Origin: Candidatus Sumerlaeia bacterium
GTDB taxonomy: Bacteria; Sumerlaeota; Sumerlaeia; SLMS01
Length of the DNA stretch: 10,949 nt
Assembly: GCA_038208905.1 (NCBI GenBank)
Contig: JBBQYG010000141.1
Coordinates: 1 to 10,949 of the forward strand
Reading direction: 5' to 3'
Of the stretch, positions 1 through 8,417 are shown piece by piece. The notes beneath the pieces were generated by a model. It did not search any database. It saw nothing but the letters and a program-made list of their open reading frames with translations, and had not been told where the DNA came from. How positions within the stretch are numbered: the first letter of the stretch is position 1; each line of letters starts with the position of its first letter. A program made the position numbers and the translations under genes.

Positions 1-206
1 GGGTGCAGCGTCTTGACTCGGCCATCCAGAATCTCGGGAAAGCCGGTGATGGCGGAAACGTCGACGACTTCGAGGCCCGCGCGGCGCAGGTGCTCCGCCG
101 TGCCGCCGGTCGAGATCAGGCGGATGTCGTGGCTGGCGAGGATGCGGGCGAAGTCGGCGAGGCCGGTCTTGTCGCTGACGGAGAGAAGGGCACTGCGGCT
201 GGGCAA
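1..206 (-). CDS. purH: Bifunctional AICAR transformylase/IMP cyclohydrolase, 5' part (runs off left edge)
   Basis: Not in the ORF track. Manual minus-strand translation gives (M)[67 protein letters not shown], containing the PurH MGS-like signatures [15 protein letters not shown] and [15 protein letters not shown]. An in-frame TGA lies at 239-237, so the start is placed at TTG 206-204, with GGAG 7 nt upstream. Confidence 0.95.
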   Translation of the reverse strand, partial: MPSRSALLSVSDKTGLADFARILASHDIRLISTGGTAEHLRRAGLEVVDVSAITGFPEILDGRVKTLH

Positions 207-285
207 GGGAGGCTCCGGTGCGGCGGGGATGGGCGTTCATCTCCCCCGCGCGGTGGCGGGTCAACCCGTGAGGGGGGGGGGACTT

Positions 286-936
286 CTATTGCACCGTCTG
301 TCCCAGGCCCACGCGATGGTAGGTGCCCATCGCGACCGTTCCCCCGCTGCCGTCCGAGGGGATATCGATCTCCTGGGTGTGCAGCGTGGTGCCGATCAGC
401 CAGGCCTGGCGCGTCTCCAGCCCCTGCGCCGTGGTGCGGATCCAGAAGACCTTGCCGGCCTCGAACCGCCCGGCGAAGGAATCGCTGGCATTGACCGAGG
501 CGGTCGCGCGTGAGGTCAGGCTGCCGTCCTCCAGAATGCGATTCACCCAGGAGTCCACTTCCTCCGGCTTGCCTGCCGTCTTCCGAGTTGTGTGGGCGGT
601 CTGGATGTGTGCGGAGGAAGACCAGTACTCGCGGCGCGACTCGTAGGTGCCAAGTCTTTCGCCCGCGGTGGAGTACACGACTTCCTCGCCAAGCCACACG
701 CCGTCGAACGGCCCAAGGAGCAGTGCCATGGCGTCGCCACGCAGTTGCTCGTCGGTCGGGTTGATGGATCGGGCCACGAAGATGAGGAAGGCGAAGACGA
801 AGAGGGCGCCGAAAATATAGTGGCCCAGGCGGGACATGAGCAGGCGGTTGCCGATTGAGGCCTGGCGACGGTCAGGCTTTTCGGCATCTTCGCCGAGAGC
901 GGCACCGCGGGGTTCAAGAAGGTCGTGGGAGTTCAT
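286..936 (-). CDS. Hypothetical single-pass membrane protein (~216 aa) with a possible calycin/DUF1579-like beta-barrel
   Basis: Part of ORF 286..1122. Likely start ATG 936 (MNSHDLL...), with MSRLGHY as an alternative. Hydrophobic segment YIFGALFVFAFLIFVA is followed by FDGVWLG (GxW-like) and a C-terminal MGTYHR strand. Codon usage looks gene-like. Confidence 0.7.
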   Translation of the reverse strand: MNSHDLLEPRGAALGEDAEKPDRRQASIGNRLLMSRLGHYIFGALFVFAFLIFVARSINPTDEQLRGDAMALLLGPFDGVWLGEEVVYSTAGERLGTYESRREYWSSSAHIQTAHTTRKTAGKPEEVDSWVNRILEDGSLTSRATASVNASDSFAGRFEAGKVFWIRTTAQGLETRQAWLIGTTLHTQEIDIPSDGSGGTVAMGTYHRVGLGQTVQ

Positions 937-1172
937 TAGCCTGGGTGTTGGATGGGGGGCGATCTGTGGTGGAGCGCCGCCGCCGCGGGGGTGTTTCTTT
1001 TCCGGCCGGTACGGACCGTTTTCACTAGCAGGCAAGGCGGGATCGGATGAAAAGCATCCATGCGACCAGCCCCGTCGCCAATCTTCAACCATAGTAAGGG
1101 GACAGCCGGGCAGGTCTGGCAACTGGAAGCGAAGGGGATTCGAATGATTAAGACAAAGGAAGGGATTTCCTG

Positions 1173-3302
1173 ATGGAATTCGCCAGCATTCGTAAGGGCT
1201 TTTCCCTGCTTGCCGCCGGTATTTTCTCTCCTGTTCTCCTGTGCGCCGACCCGGTGCCCGATCCCGCCGCCGCTTACCTGCCGAAGATCGTTCTGGATGA
1301 ATTCAATCCCGACGTGAACGACGCGGCGAGGGCGAATTCGGCGGCTGCGCGCGGGGGGAAGCTCCGCATCCGCACGCCTGTCGATTACCAGCACCTCAAC
1401 AACCTCACCGTCACCGGCCAGCCAGAGCGCGTGGTCATCAACCACATGTCCGATTCGCTCGTGGACCAGGACTTCGAGACGCTCGAGTACTATCCCGAGA
1501 TGGCGTGGAGCTGGCGCGAGGCGGACCTGATCAAGACCAAGACCGGCGAGCAGGAAATCGGCCGCATCGTTGCACGCGACGCCGACACGGTGACCTTTGT
1601 GGCCGGCGCGTGGAAGACGACCTTTGGCAAGTTCGATGTGGTGCCGCCCGCCGAAGGCGCGACGCACGTTGTCTTGACGGAGCAGTGGGGCGGCGAGAAA
1701 TACGAAGGTCGCCTGCGCATCCGCCAGCACACGATCCAAGTGGACGCGGGTTTTGATTCTGCGCTCGCCGCCGGCGCGCGCAAAATCGCCATCGCGGAGC
1801 TGGACACGTGGGAGTTTCGGATCGGCACGGTGTCGGAAACGCGCCCCTTCGCCAAGGAGGCCGTGGTCTTCGACTTCCGCATTCGCCCCGGGGTCACCTG
1901 GAGCGACGGCGAGCCCTTCACCGCCGAGGACGTGAAGTTCAGTTACCAGACCCTCGTGAATCCCGCCGTCGATGCCCAGTCCCTTCGCAACCACTACGAG
2001 GATGTCGAGAGCTGCGAAGTCACCGATGGCGGCAAGAGCGTCGTGTTCAAGTACCGCAAGACATACTTCCAGGCACTCTCCTTCCTCGGCGGGCGCACGG
2101 GCGCCAGCTACTTCGTGCCGCGGCACATCTTCAAGCCCGAGCAATTTGGCGGCGACGAGAAGGCATTCGCCGAGGCCTTCAACAAGAGCGAGTTCAAGGA
2201 GCGCCCCGTCTATACAGGCCCGTACCGCCTGAAGGAATGGCGCCGCGAGGACAGCCTGACGATCACGCGGAACGAGAAGTACTGGAAGAACAACCTGCCC
2301 GATGGGGCCATCGCCAAGTGGAAGAAGGGCCAGCCCTGGCTCGACGAGATCACGTGGACGGTGTACAAGGAATCCGCCGCATCGACCAAGGATCTCCTGC
2401 GCGGCGTTCTCGACGTGGACCTCGACGTGGAGCCCTCCACCTGGGTGCAGGCCGACACGAACACGCCGGAGTTCCTCGCCGCGATGACGCGCGCGGAGAA
2501 GATCGGGTTTCTCTACACGTATATCGGCTGGAACCTGACCCGCCCGATCTTCCAGGACAAGCGCACCCGCCGCGCGCTGGCGATGCTGATCCCGCGGGAG
2601 GACATCTGCCGGAGCGTCCACCACGGCGTCGCCTTTCCCGTCGACGGCCCCATGTTCGTCAACGGACCCGGCTACGACAAGACGGTGAAGCCGATCGCCT
2701 ACGACCTCGCCGCAGGGCGCCGGGAGCTGGCCCGCGCGGGCTGGCTCGACCGCGACGGCGACGGCATCCTTGAGAAGAACATCGACGGCCAGATGGTCCC
2801 GCTCTCCTTTACCTACTCCATCCACAACGCCCGCGACTATCACCAGAAAATCGCGGACATCATCAAGGAGAGCGTCGAACAGGCGGGCATCCGCATGACG
2901 ATCCTCAAGAGCGACTGGACGATCTTCTCCACCACCGTGAAGGATAAGAATTTCGACGCCGTGCGCTTTGCCTGGGGCACCGAGATAGAGCCCGACCCGT
3001 TCCAGATTTTCCACAGCAGCCAGATGGAAAACAAGGGCGACAACTTCGTCTCCTACAAGAACGAGCGAGTGGACGAACTGTGCGTCCGCATCCGCGAAAC
3101 CCTCGACCCCGTCGCCCGTTGGGAGATGGCCCGCGAGGTCCACCGCCTCATCGCCGAGGACCAGCCTTATTGCTTTCTCGAGGGCTTCAAGGAAACCTAC
3201 TTCATCAACCGAAAGCTCCGCGGCGTGAAGCTCTACCCCGACCAGTACACCCACGATTTCACCGAGTGGTATTGGTCAGCGGTTCCGGAGAACAGGCGCT
3301 GA
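1173..3302 (+). CDS. ABC transporter peptide/nickel-family substrate-binding protein (SBP family 5, AppA/OppA-like), 709 aa
   Basis: Motifs RGGKLRI, PEMAWSW, FRIRPGVTWSDGEPFTAEDVKFSY, PVYTGPYRLKEW, YIGWNLTRPIFQDKRTRRALAM, WLDRDGDGILEK and NFVSYKNERVDEL. N-terminal signal-like hydrophobic stretch. Purine-rich RBS (AAAGGAAGGGA) upstream of ATG 1173. Confidence 0.93.
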   Translation: MEFASIRKGFSLLAAGIFSPVLLCADPVPDPAAAYLPKIVLDEFNPDVNDAARANSAAARGGKLRIRTPVDYQHLNNLTVTGQPERVVINHMSDSLVDQDFETLEYYPEMAWSWREADLIKTKTGEQEIGRIVARDADTVTFVAGAWKTTFGKFDVVPPAEGATHVVLTEQWGGEKYEGRLRIRQHTIQVDAGFDSALAAGARKIAIAELDTWEFRIGTVSETRPFAKEAVVFDFRIRPGVTWSDGEPFTAEDVKFSYQTLVNPAVDAQSLRNHYEDVESCEVTDGGKSVVFKYRKTYFQALSFLGGRTGASYFVPRHIFKPEQFGGDEKAFAEAFNKSEFKERPVYTGPYRLKEWRREDSLTITRNEKYWKNNLPDGAIAKWKKGQPWLDEITWTVYKESAASTKDLLRGVLDVDLDVEPSTWVQADTNTPEFLAAMTRAEKIGFLYTYIGWNLTRPIFQDKRTRRALAMLIPREDICRSVHHGVAFPVDGPMFVNGPGYDKTVKPIAYDLAAGRRELARAGWLDRDGDGILEKNIDGQMVPLSFTYSIHNARDYHQKIADIIKESVEQAGIRMTILKSDWTIFSTTVKDKNFDAVRFAWGTEIEPDPFQIFHSSQMENKGDNFVSYKNERVDELCVRIRETLDPVARWEMAREVHRLIAEDQPYCFLEGFKETYFINRKLRGVKLYPDQYTHDFTEWYWSAVPENRR

Positions 3303-3308
3303 GGCAAA

Positions 3309-3373
3309 GGCAGGGAGGAGGGATCGAGACGGGGTTGCATTGCATCCCTCGTCCCTCGGCCCTCCTCCCTGCC
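3309..3373. terminator. Long hairpin between convergent genes, probable bidirectional terminator
   Basis: Perfect 14-bp inverted repeat GGCAGGGAGGAGGG (3309-3322) / CCCTCCTCCCTGCC (3360-3373), with additional imperfect internal pairing. Lies between the SBP stop (3302) and the secA stop (3391). The T-tracts are weak. Confidence 0.7.
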
Positions 3374-3390
3374 GTTCTTCCCTGCTTTCC

Positions 3391-6846
<3,456 letters not shown>

Positions 6847-6860
6847 GGGAGGTTATCCTG

Positions 6861-6888
6861 GGGAATGGGGAATTGGGAATCGGGAATG
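6861..6888 (+). repeat. Heptamer tandem repeat (GGGAATN)x4
   Basis: gggaatg gggaatt gggaatc gggaatg, immediately upstream of the secA RBS. Confidence 0.85.
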
Positions 6889-6897
6889 GGACGGATG

Positions 6898-6921
6898 AAG
6901 AGCTGAGATTAAGAGCTGAGA
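6898..6921 (+). repeat. 11-bp direct repeat AAGAGCTGAGA x2 (13-nt period)
   Basis: Copies at 6898-6908 and 6911-6921. Confidence 0.8.
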
Positions 6922-6953
6922 CGAAGCATTGGGGACGGATCGGTTACGCCATC

Positions 6954-6982
6954 ATTCTATCCAAGCTTCCGGCGTTCGTCCC
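6954..6982 (-). promoter_or_regulatory. Candidate sigma70-type promoter for secA
   Basis: Minus strand GGGACG-N17-TAGAAT. The -10 matches consensus at 5/6 and the -35 is weak. Confidence 0.4.
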
Positions 6983-7007
6983 TTATCCCTCAGCCCTCAT
7001 CCCTTCT
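6980..7007 (+). repeat. Degenerate heptamer repeat (CCCTYMN)x4 overlapping the ogt 3' end
   Basis: cccttat ccctcag ccctcat cccttct. Encodes the ogt C-terminal EGMRAEG and its stop codon. Confidence 0.6.
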
Positions 7008-7531
7008 TTCTGGAGGAGCCATCGCTTCATTTCCGTTCCGCCGCCGTATTTCCCGATGCCGCCGGTGGAGGGGACCACGCGGTGGCAGGGGACCAGGAGG
7101 GGGATCGGGTTGGTGGACATGGCGCGGGCGGCGGCGCGGACAGCGCCCGGGTTTCCGGAGAGCCGGGCGAGTTCCGCGTAGCTCAAGGTGGAGCCGCGGG
7201 AAATCGCATGGCATCGACGGAGGACCGTGGCGGTGAACGCGGGGGCCTGGGGGAATTCGATGGGGATGTCGGAAACGTCGTCTCCGCGCAGGAAGAGCGA
7301 TTTCAGGCGGGTCGCCACCTCCGCTGCGCGGCCACCCTCGCGGGGGTCGGCGTCGGGTTGGGTGAAGATCGATCTGTGGATCGATTCCCGCTTTGCATCG
7401 CTCTTCACGGGAAGCCACACGCGCATGGCGTTGGCCCCCCGGCAGAGGACGTATCCGATTCCGAAAATCCCCGCGCCATAGGGCGCCCAGGACCACACCG
7501 GAGCCGGCCGGTCAGGCGCGCGGCGGACCAC
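6983..7531 (-). CDS. ogt: Methylated-DNA--[protein]-cysteine S-methyltransferase (MGMT/Ogt)
   Basis: AFTATVL...ISRGSTLSYAELARLSGNPGAVRAAARAMSTNPIPLLVPCHRVV...IGKYGGGTEMKRWLL, with the PCHRV active site. The start is uncertain (GTG 7531, GTG 7498 or ATG 7606). The longer starts overlap the upstream RGPP ORF extensively. Confidence 0.92.
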   Translation of the reverse strand: MVRRAPDRPAPVWSWAPYGAGIFGIGYVLCRGANAMRVWLPVKSDAKRESIHRSIFTQPDADPREGGRAAEVATRLKSLFLRGDDVSDIPIEFPQAPAFTATVLRRCHAISRGSTLSYAELARLSGNPGAVRAAARAMSTNPIPLLVPCHRVVPSTGGIGKYGGGTEMKRWLLQKEGMRAEG

Positions 7532-7898
7532 GGGTAGTCGCCTGCGACTGGGTTTGGGTTGCGGGGAGTGCTTGATTGCCGGGGAGCGTCGCGGCGACGC
7601 GGGCATTGCGCGCAAGGGCGGCCACGCCGGCCGCGGCGTGGGCGCCGTGGTGGGTGTGCAGGCCGATGCGCCCGGGCTCGCGGTGGTCGTCGTGGGCGAC
7701 CTCCAGGACTGAACGGTCCTGACGGCGCTCGCGGTCGGCGGGAAAGGCTCGGATCTCGGTGGTGGCCTCGCGCGCCATGATCCGGTTGGCCGGGATCATC
7801 CCGAGCGAGAAGGCACACGTCGCCGCCAACGGAATGATCACAATCCCAATGAAGAGCGGGGTGCGGTCAAAGAAGGATGTTGGCAAGGGGCGACTCAT
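7512..7898 (-). CDS. 128-aa membrane/secreted protein ending in RGPP; candidate ribosome-arrest (monitoring) peptide
   Basis: 3' half of ORF 7512..8258, from ATG 7898: MSRPLPTSFFDRTPLFIGIVIIPLAATCAFSLGMIPA...HDDH...HTHHGAH...QSQATTRGPPRA*. Codons in this frame mostly end in G/C. TTGACA lies 33 nt upstream. N-terminal hydrophobic segment, and RGPP two residues before the stop. Confidence 0.72.
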   Translation of the reverse strand: MSRPLPTSFFDRTPLFIGIVIIPLAATCAFSLGMIPANRIMAREATTEIRAFPADRERRQDRSVLEVAHDDHREPGRIGLHTHHGAHAAAGVAALARNARVAATLPGNQALPATQTQSQATTRGPPRA

Positions 7899-7931
7899 GG
7901 CAGGCGCTACAAGGCCCGCCGGGGGCCGGGC

Positions 7932-7987
7932 TGTCAAGGATTGCGGGCATAATCCCGCATTGACGGGCGGGGGAAGGGTGGTATTTT
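7932..7987. promoter_or_regulatory. Divergent promoter region with a central inverted repeat
   Basis: Plus strand: TTGACG (7960-7965)-N16-TATTTT (7982-7987) with a TGn extension. Minus strand: perfect TTGACA (7937-7932) but a poor -10. Between them lies TGCGGG-CATAAT-CCCGCA (7942-7959). Confidence 0.55.
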
Positions 7988-8045
7988 GGCGAGGTTGGGA
8001 ACAATGGATGGGGTGGAAAAAGTCGGATTGGAAAGGAATGTGGCC

Positions 8046-8249
8046 ATGAGGTGGCAGGACCACATTGCACAGGATCCCGATGTGATGCTCGGCAAACCCT
8101 GCATCGTCGGAACCCGGCTGACAGTCGAGTTGATACTCGACAAGCTCGGCCACGACATCACCTATGAGCAGTTGATGGCTTCCTATCCGGTTCTTCGGAC
8201 CGAGCACATTCAGGCGGCGCAGGCGTTTGCGGCGGTGGTTCCAAGGTAG
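8046..8249 (+). CDS. DUF433 domain protein (putative antitoxin-like wHTH), 67 aa
   Basis: MRWQDHIAQDPDVMLGKPCIVGTRLTVELILDKLGHDITYEQLMASYPVLRTEHIQAAQAFAA matches the DUF433 pattern I..dP....GkP.i.GTR..V..il........eei...YP.L....i.aa..fa. GAAAGGA RBS before ATG 8046. Confidence 0.9.
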   Translation: MRWQDHIAQDPDVMLGKPCIVGTRLTVELILDKLGHDITYEQLMASYPVLRTEHIQAAQAFAAVVPR

Positions 8250-8335
8250 CGTGGGCATCTCGCCCGCGCATTGGCAGTTATCGGTTTCCGCGTGGCCTTG
8301 ACAGTTCCCAGCGCGGGCGAGACGCCCACGCTACC
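8245..8335. repeat. GTAG-type REP doublet (REPIN-like inverted repeat), probably also a terminator
   Basis: GGTAGCGTGGGCATCTCGCCCGCGC (8245-8269) and GCGCGGGCGAGACGCCCACGCTACC (8311-8335) are 24/25 reverse-complementary. Each arm begins with GTAG followed by an internal palindrome. The spacer is 41 nt, and CTTTT follows the right arm. Confidence 0.8.
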
Positions 8336-8417
8336 CTTTTAGTCGATACGGTTTTTCGTGGTGCGCCGAGGGATCGGCCGAGAAAACTTGCCAAAGCCGG
8401 GAGGAACCCCCACCGCC

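Noticed and set aside
207..285. ZTP (pfl) riboswitch upstream of purH
   Set aside because: CCACCG...GGGGAG and CGCCC look superficially similar, but the conserved GACUGGCG and 3' CGCCUGGG pseudoknot elements are absent and the space is short. An Infernal search would settle it.
1173..1250. Lipoprotein signal (Cys24) on the SBP
   Set aside because: The context VLLC lacks the small residues (A/S, G/A) of a lipobox. Cleavage after LCA by signal peptidase I seems more likely.
2748..2774. DxDxDG calcium-binding-like motif in the SBP as a novelty
   Set aside because: This motif is common in AppA-like binding proteins.
936..3254. 772-aa minus-strand ORF
   Set aside because: Antisense shadow of the SBP gene, typical of high-GC DNA, with no recognisable motifs.
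6861..6921. CRISPR array
   Set aside because: The repeats are 7-11 nt and have no unique spacers.
7899..8258. 5' extension of ORF 7512..8258
   Set aside because: It overlaps the DUF433 gene antisense and the divergent promoter region. Gene-like sequence starts at ATG 7898.
8298..8303. Perfect TTGACA in the REP spacer as promoter for the 8418 gene
   Set aside because: No plausible -10 hexamer at 16-18 nt; that position falls in the GC-rich REP arm.
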